From positions 10,094,275-10,158,274 of the forward strand of contig NC_134032.1 of the NCBI RefSeq assembly GCF_964204645.1: a stretch of 64,000 nucleotides of DNA. Reading direction: 5' to 3'. The stretch is from Tubulanus polymorphus (taxonomy: Eukaryota > Animalia > Nemertea). Positions 36,704-49,600 of the stretch are shown in pieces (the stretch's first letter is position 1; every line of letters starts with the position of its first letter). Position numbers and translations under genes: made by a program. The notes beneath the pieces were generated by a model, which was not told the origin of the DNA, did no database searches, and saw nothing but the letters and a program-made list of their open reading frames with translations.

Positions 36704-39700
36704 CTGATAATCGTCATTACTGATTCAGGTAAGGCCCTCCTCAGTGAACTTGAAGAAAACGAAGAGATAAAGGAATCGGATATATTAACGTCTGATTTTA
36801 CCTCATTCGATCTAGAATTCGATTTTTACGTGTTAAATTCCGGCCTAAATTTCTATTTACATTCAGACCATGGGCGCCGCCATCTTGGAATCGACGGATT
36901 GTGTTTTGGATCTGAAATGGAATCCTCGCTTGCCAGGGTATGTGTGAATAACATTGGTTCGTGGTTTCTCGGCATTGGCAACCCCCCCCCCCCTCCAGAA
37001 CGGAAAACCTGTACCACCTGTGGTTGGTGTCGGTGAAGTAAAAAATCAAAGCGCAATATCCTTTTTGCGATAGATTTCCCGCAGGAGCGTATCTTGTCAG
37101 TAACCTGACTGTGGGTGGTTTAGTTTCACGATCGGATATATTCCGTGACAAACCACATTTGGTATAAGCCCAGGCATCCGATCATAAAAAGCTTACTACC
37201 AACGATTAGGTAACTAGCTAGAGCGTATCCAGACTGCGTCGCACCTAATGAAAAGTATTCAGTACTATATTCAGTAACCTGTCTGTGGTTTAGTTTCACG
37301 ATCGGATCTTTCAGCCAATCCGATTATAAAAAGATTGTACAACAACTAATTAGTATTAGGTAAAACCACACCAGTACGCCGGTTGTGACCTGTTGACCCT
37401 CTGGTCTTGTGGCCTTGTGAAAATATCCGATCGTGAACTAAAACCACCAAGAGACGGGTTACCCTGACTGGCTCGAAAAATTGTGCCTTTCGCGAAAAAA
37501 ATACCGGCACCGCTGCTCTTTTCAAGAATTGTTTGAGGACAGAATGTCGTTCTTTTACTCTGAGCAGACGACTACTAATGCCGATGAAAACTGCAGACGT
37601 CCAGATGAGAAGTTGTGGAGCCAGCAGCAGCGAGTTAAACCGCCCAACGATGGATTTCTTCAAGGTGGTGGATTTCTACAAACATTATGATTCAGGAGCA
37701 GCAGCAGCGGATCTTATAAAACACTCCTGGAGCAGAGGATGGACAATAGCGCATATTAAAAAACACTGATCTAGGAGCAGCAGAGACAATAGTGGATCTT
37801 TGAAGTTAGGATAATTAGGGTTCTGTGGTCTTAGAAGGAACTAACTACGTTTGAATATTTCCATAAAATCCCATCCAAATACTTTGTATTGATTGGGTGA
37901 ACTATTTTCGAGGACTAATGAATTTGTAAACAGTCCTTCTGTTTTGTAATCTGATTTAAGTTCCTTTTAGTCTCATTAAATCTAGTTACATGATTTTGCT
38001 CCCAGGTAGATTAGTTAATTAGGTTGGTGACGCTTTTTAAATGATCGCGTCCACTGCCTGTTACAATGGTAAATCATTTTAGTCTGACACTAAACGCGGT
38101 ATATCGTTCTCATTTTCGAGAACTTTGAATTGGTCAGTCGTGGTCAGTGATGGTCAATTTATTAACTTATTAAAGAAATTTGTAGTTTGAATAGAACAGC
38201 GATCCAGTGATGGCCCTGACTTGGTCAACTTGTCACATCCCGCGCAATTTAAAATGACTTGATATATTATGCCTGCTGACTAGCTTTTGCCTTTATCTCC
38301 CGATAGCTGTCATCATAAAGCAATTTGGTTGATTTAGTAGCAATAAAAAAGTGGAGATGTATTAGGATCGGCATGGTCGTTTCACGATCCTCGGATATTT
38401 TTACAAGCCCATCCGATTTAAAAAAGCTAACGGACACCAACAATTAGGCAACTAACTACGCTGTTGAGTTACTCAGCAAAAAACTTTCGGACAAAAAACA
38501 GTCAGAATTACGCCGATTTTAAAAAACTGGAGCAGACCGGCCTATGATTCACTTTTCCGTATTTCAGGAAAAAATTCGGGTGTAAATCTCGAAAAGTTAT
38601 TTGATAGACGGATACAAATTTGGACCTGATTTGAAACGCACTGCAGTGAACACTGCGTTCAATCGAACGATGCTTGTTCAATATATTCCTCCTTTGAATT
38701 TGACCCGGAGTTTAAATTTACTCCTCATCCGTGAAGTAGGGCACACTGACCGCTAGAGGTCGCCGGAGTCGCAGTAAAATTCTGTAACAATAATTTTACT
38801 TTTTCGTGATTTTTTACTCGAAACCGGCTCTAATTTACTGGAATTAACACTCCGAACAGGTACAAGTTCCATTCGTCTAATTATCTCAAAGTTCTATTTC
38901 AATGTTACCGTGAATCATCAAACACTAAAACCAAATCGCCGCAGGTCGCTTCAGTTCAGTTATTGTCAATGTCATAGACATAGACATTTAATAAGTATAA
39001 CACTAACTACATGGTTTACTTGAGGAGTTGAAGTAGTCTACTCCTCCACATCTCGGCGACCCCTCTGCTAAGGGCTTACTGTATAACTAATTGTGAGGGT
39101 CTGTTGGAATAACCAAAGAAAAAGTAAATGATGTCAATAATTAAAATAATAAAGATAACCAGTTGTCGGTTGCTGCCATTTTGTTTGGATACTTTTTCTT
39201 AAAAGTCATTGCCTGGGCCATTTTATCCTCTTTAAGACGATATGATACGTTTTTAACGATAGTCGACATTCACTTCTTCGTGAGTGATTTTGACAACTTT
39301 GGTAACGTATTTTCCACGTTTGCTGCAAGCGCTGCGGCATTATTGGTTTTGTCGATTAGTTCTGGAGGAAGGCTTTGTTTCATCGGTTCAAAGACATCAG
39401 TATTGTGAAATCGTACACCAAAATCGTGTCCTGTCATAGTTCATCAGCATTCTTGGACCGCGCCAATACTAGAAAGTGGCAAAATCGTGAACAGTTCTTT
39501 TATCAGGAGAAATGTCTAGTACACGATAAGTCTGGTGGAAGTGAATTTCCAGTAATTGACTATTCTGTTGGTAAAAAAGGTTTTCCCCGCCGTTTCTGTT
39601 AATATGGACTTAATAACTTATATTGATATATATTATTGATATTTATATTATCCTTCTCCCCCTGAATTTTCTGTAAGTAAGAGAGGGGAGACTTAGCGTT

Positions 39701-40322
39701 AGCCCTTTTCGTAACATGGATGTCTTACACAGGGGTGTCGGGAGCAATTTTTGATCACCGCGGCCAATTGTCGATTTTTGACAGGTTCTAATAGGCCTAT
39801 ATTGCCGTGGCAAATTTACTTCAATTTCGTCAAAAGCATGACAATCAAAGAACAAAAAACGTCATTCAGTTGATTATTGCCGCTTTTATTTTCGTTTTGC
39901 CGCTATGTTATTCTGAAACATATATATGAAGTCGTGGCGTCTAATGGGTTAAAAACATCTCAAAGTTCTAAGTTTAAAATAAGTAATGATATTTAATGGC
40001 TGGACGAAACTTAAAAGGAAGCTTTAAGTAGTCGGCGAAGTGCCCGGGCATCGGGGCTGTAGGACGTAAAATGGTCCGTATGAGACCCTGTGTGTATGCC
40101 CTATATGAACACAGTATTTTTGTATCATTCATCCTCTCTGCTCGCTCTGACAGGGTTTATACAATATCTGATTGATGAGCTGGGGGCCTTGATAGCCGCC
40201 CAGTTGCATCACTCAGTGGTCTCGGCGATTTCACCGCTACGAAAGTCACGCACACATGGTACATTCCTTATTTGAATGGTATATGAAAATCTGATTTAAT
40301 GGAGAAATAAAGATATTTCACA

Positions 40323-40382
40323 ATAAAAGAGATTTCCCCATAAAATACGATTTTCTATAGGGCCTAAAGAATTTTTTGTCAC

Positions 40383-40450
<68 letters not shown>

Positions 40451-40581
40451 CATTGTCGACACCGTACCTTATAATTTTTAACTGTATCGAAAATTACTAT
40501 GTAGAGAAGCAGTGTTTCGCGATAAAAGATATTTCCCCATAAAATACGATTTTCTATAGGGCCTAAAGAATTTTTTGTCAC

Positions 40582-40653
<72 letters not shown>

Positions 40654-40722
40654 CATTGTCGACACTGTACCTTATAATTTTTAACTGTATCGAAAATTAC
40701 TATGTAGAGAAGCAGTGTTTCG
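40323..40722 (+). repeat. ~200-bp tandem duplication, each unit with a long (TA)n microsatellite
   Basis: Direct reading: (TA)n at ~40387-40446 and ~40586-40649 within duplicated flanks. Confidence 0.9.
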
Positions 40723-40850
40723 CTTGTGGGTGTGTCACTACTCGGAGTATGAAACTTCCATCACGAGTCATCTCCTGTCTGAATACAATCTAGGACCGGT
40801 CGGTCGGGTTCTCGGATACAGATATATATATATATATATTTGGGTAACGC

Positions 40851-41996
40851 ATGGCGTTCGATTCGATGAACATTTCGTTGAACATTTCGACGACTTTGCA
40901 GCCGACCGTACAAAGCTGGTCCGGATGGTGCGAGCGCGTTGTGAATACCCAACCGTACCGTTGGGACCTGAAATTCGGCGTTTACATGTATATTTTCGGT
41001 TGCGGATCCTTCACGATACTCGGCATTAGTTTGAACGTCGTCACGCTTCTAGTATTGAAGAAGATGAACAATGAAGTTTATCATTTGATCAGAGTTTTAG
41101 CTATTTTCGATTTATCTTATTGTATAAGCGTATTTATATTGTATCCTTTACGATTAATATACATCTATATACATTTAGGCGGCGAAGTGCTTTTCCGCAA
41201 AGATGATTGGTATTACGGTTATGGATTCATACAAGTGGCCATAGGTCCGTATCAAATGTTTCAACTCGTTCGAAACTGGAGCGTCAGTCTGATCTCGTTT
41301 GAGCGAATCGTTATCACGCTTTTTCCATTGAAATCGCGATTGTTCTGGACGCGAAAAGTGGTGAATTCTTTTGTATTTTTTATCACCGCCTACGGCTTAC
41401 TTTGTTTTTTTCCGCTCATGGTACCGACCGTAAAGTACCGGCCGATAGCATGTGTCACAGGGGATCCCGGTGTGATACTAGTTCGAGGTAAACCATTTTC
41501 ATTTTATCCAGAAATCGTGTTAAAAGCTTTAAGAAAATGGGCACGGTATTCGAATAGCTGGAAAGCATTGATATCCAGTATTTTCATACCGATGATTTTA
41601 CTAATCGTTTTGAATCTCGTTTTGATAATGAGTTTAATAGTTGCGAAACTATCGCGCGGAAAGAAGTTGTCGAGGAGTGCCACCAGTAGCGTAGAACTGC
41701 GCGTTTTACGTATGTCGTTCGCTTTAGTCGCCGTGTACGTTACGTGTGAGTCGTTACTCGTCATAGAAAAGATGGCCTACAGTGGTTTCTTCAGACTTGT
41801 TCGTCTTCCGATTTTGGGTTTATCGGGCTTAAAATTAAGGAAACAACAAGGTTCGATCATGTACCGGAAAATGGCTATCGGTCTGACGGTCGTTGATTCC
41901 TCGTTAAACTTTTTCGTCTATTGTTTCACGAATGGTAAATTCAGACTAGCTGCGAAACATTTACTCGTCGCATGTGCGACCAATCTGAAATGTTAA
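40851..41996 (+). CDS. Intronless class A GPCR (FMRFamide/sex-peptide-receptor-like group), distant from the five clustered paralogs
   Basis: 381 aa with GISLNVV, LAIFD, RNWSVSLISFERIV..LFPLKS, FIP, VYVTCE and DSSLNFFVY. Confidence 0.88.
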   Translation: MAFDSMNISLNISTTLQPTVQSWSGWCERVVNTQPYRWDLKFGVYMYIFGCGSFTILGISLNVVTLLVLKKMNNEVYHLIRVLAIFDLSYCISVFILYPLRLIYIYIHLGGEVLFRKDDWYYGYGFIQVAIGPYQMFQLVRNWSVSLISFERIVITLFPLKSRLFWTRKVVNSFVFFITAYGLLCFFPLMVPTVKYRPIACVTGDPGVILVRGKPFSFYPEIVLKALRKWARYSNSWKALISSIFIPMILLIVLNLVLIMSLIVAKLSRGKKLSRSATSSVELRVLRMSFALVAVYVTCESLLVIEKMAYSGFFRLVRLPILGLSGLKLRKQQGSIMYRKMAIGLTVVDSSLNFFVYCFTNGKFRLAAKHLLVACATNLKC

Positions 41997-42204
41997 ACGA
42001 GGGGAAATATCAACTCTATTGTGATCCACCAGGTGTCGCTAGTATTCCTCGGTTCTTATGCCATTCAATATCTTCTACCCGGTGCATTCTTCCCTTTAAC
42101 GCAAAAGTCAATGAGTGTACAATCGTGAGCCAAAAATCAGGGTATAAAGCTGATTGAAATTCACTAATTTTTATAACGTAAGGAATTATGGGAATGAGGA
42201 ATTC

Positions 42205-42500
42205 GTTTACACTCCATCCAACCATTTCCGCGGTATATGGAGGGAGACTAAAATATGAGTTACAATATTTACAAAACAACAGAGAATAAAAACTTTTCTT
42301 AATGAAACATATGTAACAAACTTATTAACAATACATGCATAAACTATTTACAATAACTTCTGGGTCTGGCTCTCGATCACCAAACATGAATTTCCAAGTT
42401 CGTTTCATACTGATTTTACCTCAAGCGATGATTCACGTTTTAGTTTTCTCAACATTCACAGTAAATACGAATATGAATATTTTTTACACTCCAACCGTTC
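42205..42500 (-). mobile_element. Short, internally deleted LINE derivative (3' UTR joined to an ORF2 scrap)
   Basis: 42205-42290 resembles 4265-4345 (CTCCAACCATTTCC..GGTATATGGAGG). 42370-42460 resembles ORF2 at ~5390-5480. Confidence 0.6.
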
Positions 42501-43646
42501 CCATACTTACTGATAGTCACGCCATCTGGTGAGATTCAATTGCGATCATTTATCCGAACTGATGATATATTTTCAATCTGAGCAATGATGAAAACGATGA
42601 ATTTTTCATCATTTTGTAGCAATAGATTGTAACCTGATTTATGGAAAACTTTCCGTCGGCCCAGAGGACCGGTTGATTCAATTTGTGCCGCTGGCCCCCG
42701 TTTTAATACCGCTGTCTGTTTGTCTAGATTTTATATGATGCCATTAAAACAAGAGAATGATAACCACAAATTGATGAATACATTGCGTCCTAGGCTTGTA
42801 AGTGATTTGTTTTGATAACCAATACCGTTTCAGGAGATGTACTGATATTCATAATCAAATGCATTTTCCTAAGGTTAATTCGGCGCTATAAACTCAGAAT
42901 TGACTAAACTCGAATTTTGCCAATCGCAAAGCCGAATTCCAGTCCACTAACAACATGTCCGTTGATATTATTGTGCAACTATACTGAGTCCGCCTGAAGG
43001 GGGGAATTAGCAAATATGATTCGAGAAAATAAATTTCTGAAGCTTATCAGGGATGGAAACTTGCAAGGGAAGACCCCCTTGTACCTGCAGCTTTCAGAAA
43101 AAAAAACAATTTTAACTGGTATACCTGACATGTCAGTTAAGGTGCACGAATCGTGGTTCCCACAGAACAGGGAAATTGGGAAGAACTTGGGAATTTTGAA
43201 ATAATGATTCCCGGTTTGGAAATATTTGGGAATTTGAAAAATTTTCCTCAAATAAGGGAAATATTTGGGAAATTCATTGCATTTCACATATTGCATTTGC
43301 CAATTTCCCTTGTAAATCACCTTTATCAACCAGTCACCGCTAAAATATTGACTGTTGCATGACGATATACATGTTCATTTGCATTTGGGAAAATTGAGAA
43401 ATCACCCATGAAATACAGGGGAAAAACTTGGGAATTTTGAATTCATATAACTGTGGGAACTATGACGAATTATGAAGGTCCTTATCATTCGTGAAACTGG
43501 TCCACAGCACCATAATATCGGATTTAATCCTGTTGAAAAGTGATTCGTACTTGAAACAGGTTTTGTTTTTTATTTTCAGAAAAAATGACGAGACGTTATA
43601 ATTTTGGACTAAACACAGATGCGTAAGATTGAGAGCGACGACGAAT

Positions 43647-46600
43647 ATGGGTTGCTGTACAGGCAGGTGTATTCTGATCACGTTATGTTCTCTACAGCTC
43701 GTAAGTAAAATTTCGATTTTTTTCATTCACTCTCATTTTGATCTTGCTTTTTCTATCATTCCTTTAGTTTCGAACCGGCCGCATTACTTCCCCGGCAAGG
43801 GAGGAACCCCTGGGACACCTGAAATGACTACGACTACTATTTGACAGTAGTTTCTACTTACTCTTTTCAACTAATCCCAAAAATATCTAAGTTCTCTCAA
43901 AATCAGAATAATTCTGAGTTCGTTTTCGATTAAACTATAATTATTGATATAAAATCACTCTCATTTTTTGTGAAAACTCTTCGGTCCTGTGATACTTTGT
44001 GATATAGGACGTTGGAGTCGATTTTCTAAATTTCCAATACCTGTAGATGCAATTTCAGAACTATTTAGGGTCATTCCCGAGGTAAACCGAACAGGCCTTT
44101 CGATACTGATCAACACGATTTCAAGCGTTGAGACAATGATCAGGGCACTCGGTGGTCTGGGTCCAGTAGCTATTCGATCTAATCGAACCTCACTTGCCAC
44201 GAGTGGAATCCTCTATCGCCGCAGTTGTAGCACTGTCAGGTCCTTATTGATATTTAATGAGATTGCTATTGGTTTATTAGTCGACGAGACTGAGGTGTTG
44301 TCGGTTGTGTATGCCGTATACGTGCGATGCAGCCCGTCGAGTACATGCCTGCGATGCTGTGTGTGCTGGTATTAATATTTTTTCAATACGATGTTTGACG
44401 GCTCTGCGAAAAAAGTCAATATAAGTTTGTGATTTATGATTTTGTTTTGGTCTGTCGCGTGTAAGCTTTATTGAGCGTTTTATAATGCGCGAACCTTTTA
44501 ATATCTAATGTCAATCATTCTACGCACTTTCCCTTAAGGCAGCGTCGGTGACTTTTATCGAACTGTGTCAGTGGATTTGGATCCAGAAATAGAAAAACCC
44601 ACGCAACTGTGGAACTGGGTCCAGAGTCAAATTAAATCTGCACAACTGTGGGACTGCGTCCAGAATCAAATTATCAAACCCACACAACTGTTGAACTTGG
44701 TCCATAGTCAACTGTCAAAGTCATTAGTCAAATTGGACCTAGGCAACTGTGGAACTGGCTCCACAGTCAAATGAATCCCACAAGGCTGTAGAACTGGGTC
44801 CAAAGTCAAATATTAACCAATACAACTGTTGAACTTGGTCCATAGTCAAATAAAACGCATAACTGTCAAAGTCCATAGTCAAATTGGACCTAGGCAACTG
44901 TGGAACTGGGTCCACAGTCAAATGAATCCCACACAACTGTTGAATTTGGTCCATAGTCAAATAAAACTCACAACTGTGAAAGTCCATAGTCAAATAAACC
45001 TCATAACTGTGGAACTGGTTCCATAGTCAAATTAAACCCTGACAACTGTGGAACCGGGTCCTGACTCACTATATGACTGAGTGTCACTGTGGGAATGTAC
45101 TGTGTCCTCGGTACTGTAGGTAATGTATGTGTGGTATTATTATAGATTGTGTAATTGAATATTCTTCGCGCAGCTGTTTTATGTTTAAATTATGTCAAAT
45201 GCTTCGAGTCGTCGAATATTATTCGATTTCGCCCCAGTTCGCGCTGTTTTGTTGTTACCTGCCAGGAGCCGTGCACACCTCTTCGCAACAAGGTCCTTTG
45301 CTTTTCACGTCGGAATTCAAACGCAGTTCACTAGTTCTTCTATAAAGACAAAATCAGATTTTGCACCGAACAAGAAATCCTTGTATTCGGACTGAGTCGA
45401 CACTTTCTTCAACCTAATAAACGTCGATTAATTTCCCGAAGAGCTTTCGTTCTCGAAAATTCCATAGAATTTTTTCACCCCTATAATCGACCCGTAATGA
45501 TATTTATTAGGCCTATATCAATTATTCTCGCGGAAATTCGCTCGCTCGCCACGGTTGGATATAATTAAATGGATCAAAAGCCAGCGATGGCCTGCGATCG
45601 ACGCCCTGAGGCTTCTAGTGACCCCGGAATAGTGTCCTTTTAGTGTTGTAGAATGACCCGTTATAATTGAAAAATGAAACCTTCATAACCCCCGGCGAGG
45701 TATGATAGATCTTAAGCAAAATTATGATTAGTTTCTAACGACTACCTTCGCGGTTTCAATGACTGCGACGATTCAGAAATATTATAATTAGACATAAATG
45801 ACAGCCTTTTCATTGTCATTATGACTTCTCAGCGATTCAGTAAAATTATGATTATTGTTATTAACAATGACCTTCTCATTGTCGATGAATTCAGTAATGA
45901 TCTGGTTGAAATCATGCTCTTCTATCAACAATGACCTTCCCATTTTCCATGACTTTCGCGATTCTTCGGTAAAATTATGATTAGTTACGTTCATATATGA
46001 CAACCTTTCCATTCTCAGTAACTTCAACAAGTCATTATGATTATTCACCCTTATTGTTCACCTTCATTATTAACCCTTTCAGTGCATCTACAGCGCAGTG
46101 CGGTGTATGAATCGGTGATGGATTTTGCTAGTACACCGCACTGCGGTGTATTGATGTAATTAGTAGTTAGTAATTATTTCTCTTGAAAAATGGCAGCACC
46201 TGTCAAACATAGTGAAATATTAGTAACTAACGATACACCGCACCACGGTGTAGACGCACCATTGTGGTAATCCCGTATTCAACACACTAGGGTGGAATTT
46301 CTCAAAATATTCAAATTATCTCCAGCACTATAAGGTATCAATTAGTCAGCACTGAAAGGGTTAATGGCGAGATTCAATCAACTTTTCAGCGAAATTACGA
46401 TTCTGTTTTTGTTATTTCCATTTCAGATTTTAAGCGTGGAGCATCAAGTGTTCTGTTTTCTCGGATATTTATGGGGTGCAATAATAGGGAATTTTCTACA
46501 AATCATCATGGTGATAATCGGTCTGTTCGGCGCCTGTCAGTACAGACCTAGAGTAGTTTTAGCTGTAAGTATAGCACTTAAGTTGTATAATAGAGCCTCG

Positions 46601-49600
46601 TGGATAAGATGGATAGTTGGAAAGACCCCCAATGACATCAGTTAAGATGGCTAGATGATAAACCCCCAAATGGTGTCATCAGATTTTTCCGACCAGATAT
46701 AGGCCTATTGGGATGGCCGCCTTCTTGAATCTCCCTATGACATCATGGCATGAATCTTCACAAAAATCAATTATCGAGAATTTCGATAACATTTTCGATG
46801 GATCGGAACATTTGGGGGGAAATTCGACGATGGCATCGGGGGACGTTACAGAAGCAGCCGTCTCGGGCATAGGTTGGCCACAATATGGATAAAGTTGAAA
46901 CTCGTTGATACGATTCTGTTAAAGACGAAACCTGTTTATAGTATGATGATTTCCAGCGTGTCCCCGGCTGACGTACAGTAAACCTTACTTAACTCGGACA
47001 AACTGGGACTGGTGAAATCGGTCCGAGATAAGGGTAGTCGGAGTGAGGGATAGGAAAATGCGTTAGTTAGAAAAATTAGTTGGAAATTGGAAAAATTAGT
47101 TAGTTTTTGTCGCGAGTTAGTCGAAAGTCCGAGATGGCCGTGTGCGAGTAAGGCGAGGTTTACTGTATTAAGGCCTATATCAACCGGGCTTTGGATGCTA
47201 CGAAACCCGTTTAATGTAACAACGATTTCGACGCAAAATTCGTATCAACTAGTTTCCACTGTATCTATCTGATCGGTGAGTAGCGGTGCGATCAGCATTT
47301 CCACATGAAGCGGCTTTGAAAACAATGATTTAAACGGCGTAATGATGTTGCTGGTCGTGCTGTATATACGTAGAAAGAGTATCTACGATAATGAATCCAA
47401 TAGGATACGGTTAATTGTATAACCGCGTAATTACCGGAATGACAGTAATATGTGTTTATATAGTCAGTAATAATTATTAGTATGTTTTAATAATACGGAT
47501 CTCCTGTTGCTCTGTTTGTTGTGCGGTGGGATAGATCCTGAATACTGGTTCTCGTCGGTTCTGCTAACTACTGCTACTGCTGCTGCTTCCTCGTCATTAT
47601 TTGCTGAAACCGATCTCTCTCTCTCATTATGGTTATGAGTGTTTGTTTAAATGCGTGCTCGTTATTTGTACGGGATACGCGTTTATGACATTTCATCAAA
47701 GACCGTATTCAATCCCTGAATTACATGCCCTTTCTACAGACAGACTCCCTCATCCCCTCACAGATTCATTCACCCCTCATCACTCACAGACCCCCTCATC
47801 CCCTCACATACTCCCTCATCCCCTCACATACTCCCTCATCCCTTCCCAGACCCCCTTGCATCCCCTCACATACTCCCTCATCCTTTCACAGATTCCCTCA
47901 TCCCCTCACAGACTCCCTCATCCTCTCACAGATTCCTCCATCCCCTAACAGATTCTTTCATCCCCTCACATACTCCCCCATCCTCTCAGACTCCCTCATC
48001 CCCTCACAGATTCCCTTCTTTCACAAACTCCCTCATAGACTCCTTCCTCCCATCACAGATTCCCTCATCCCCTCACTGACTCCCTCATCTCACCGACTCC
48101 TTCACCCTCACACAGACTTCTTCATCCTCACAAAGACTCACTCATCCCCTCACATCCTCCCCCACATGTTACACTTCCCCACAGTGTGCCGCTTTGATCC
48201 ATAATTTTGTTAATAATCTGGTGATCTACGTGTAATGCATCAGTTTGTTCAGTAATGATTTATCTATATTTTTCAGTATGCAATTTGGCTGTTACTGTGG
48301 TTAGCTGTTGGTATATTTGTGATTTGTTTATATCTAAAAATAGGACTGCTGACTGATGTAAGTATATATATGACGACAATCTCAACCCGCGCATTTGGGC
48401 TTAGCCATTTGGGCTTTAGGTGTGTTTTCATAAAAAGACTTTCTTAAAAAAGCAACAATATTTGTCCTTGTACGTTTACGTAGTTGGATGGCATTCAAGT
48501 GTTGAGCATCGGAACACGTTCGGAAAGCTGGTGGCTACAATACGGAATCGGCTGCGGAACGCGGCAAGGATGTCTGCTCGCGTGGCAATACGTCGAAATC
48601 ATCCATACTGGTTTACAATGTTTATTATGTGTAAGTAATCGCTGCTGTTTATGGGACCATGTCGAAAATTTTGATGGGATCGCATTTTACAGGTATAGAT
48701 CCTTCGAGAAAAGATGGCTGCTGCCATAAACCCCCATTTGACTACCTTCGAAATCCCCCCTCTTACATCATCAAATTGCGCGCATCGACATTACGGAAAA
48801 TATGGCTGCCTTCGTAATTCTCCCTATGATGTCATCACATTGCCCTATAACAGGCATAACAGAACCGAAGAATGCCTTCTTTATTCCACGTATGATGTCA
48901 TTCATCGCATTGAACCTATGGACACTGCAAAAAGATAACTGCCTTCATAATTCCCCCTATGACATCATCACACTGCCCGTATGGACGCTGTAAAAAAGAT
49001 GACTACCCAAAAATGCTTAATGTCTGTTTCAACTTAACTTAAGAGGACGTGGGGTGGCGTAGCTCAGCCAGTTTTTGTAGAACATACATGATATAGATCT
49101 TAAAAAGACCAGCACAGGTGGGCAGCTGAACTAAAACATTGATTTTTAATCCCTTTGACACTGTATTAAAAGATTTACCAAAAAGTGTTTTTGAATGCAG
49201 GAGAATAGAGAAAAGTGACACCATAATTTTAATATTTGACCATAGGTTTTCTATGCGTCCGTATCTACATACCATAATTTTTGGTGATCTGAAAAAAAGT
49301 TTTGTTGGTAGGCATGGAAACAAATTGTTAAACTTGATTTATTAAAGAAAATGTTGTCTCTTTTCTCTATTCCACCCCATTTAAACAATACTTTTTGCCA
49401 TCCTTCGATACAGTGTAAAATGGATTCATAATGTTATAGTTCAACTGCCAGTCTGTGCTGATCCTATTAGGACCTATATCGGGTGTGTGTCTGAGCTAGG
49501 CCACCCGATATCCTTTCAAGCTAAGTTAGAATAGTTGCTGTAGAGACTTCCCCAAAAAAACGAGCTCATAGATTGATGAAATAAATGAAAAGTCCACGCC

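Noticed and set aside
40020-40275. Possible hammerhead ribozyme (CTGATTGATGAG...GAAA)
   Set aside because: The core is non-canonical and I could not build the three stems; more likely a SINE-like repeat.
40318-40793. ORFs with (IY)n runs
   Set aside because: They are artefacts of (TA)n microsatellites.
43961-44375. Overlapping ORFs on both strands in NKAIN intron 1
   Set aside because: No recognisable domain or splice context, and the region includes a dispersed repeat unit.
47601-48204. Pro/His/Ser-rich ORFs
   Set aside because: They are translations of a 20-bp minisatellite in an NKAIN intron.
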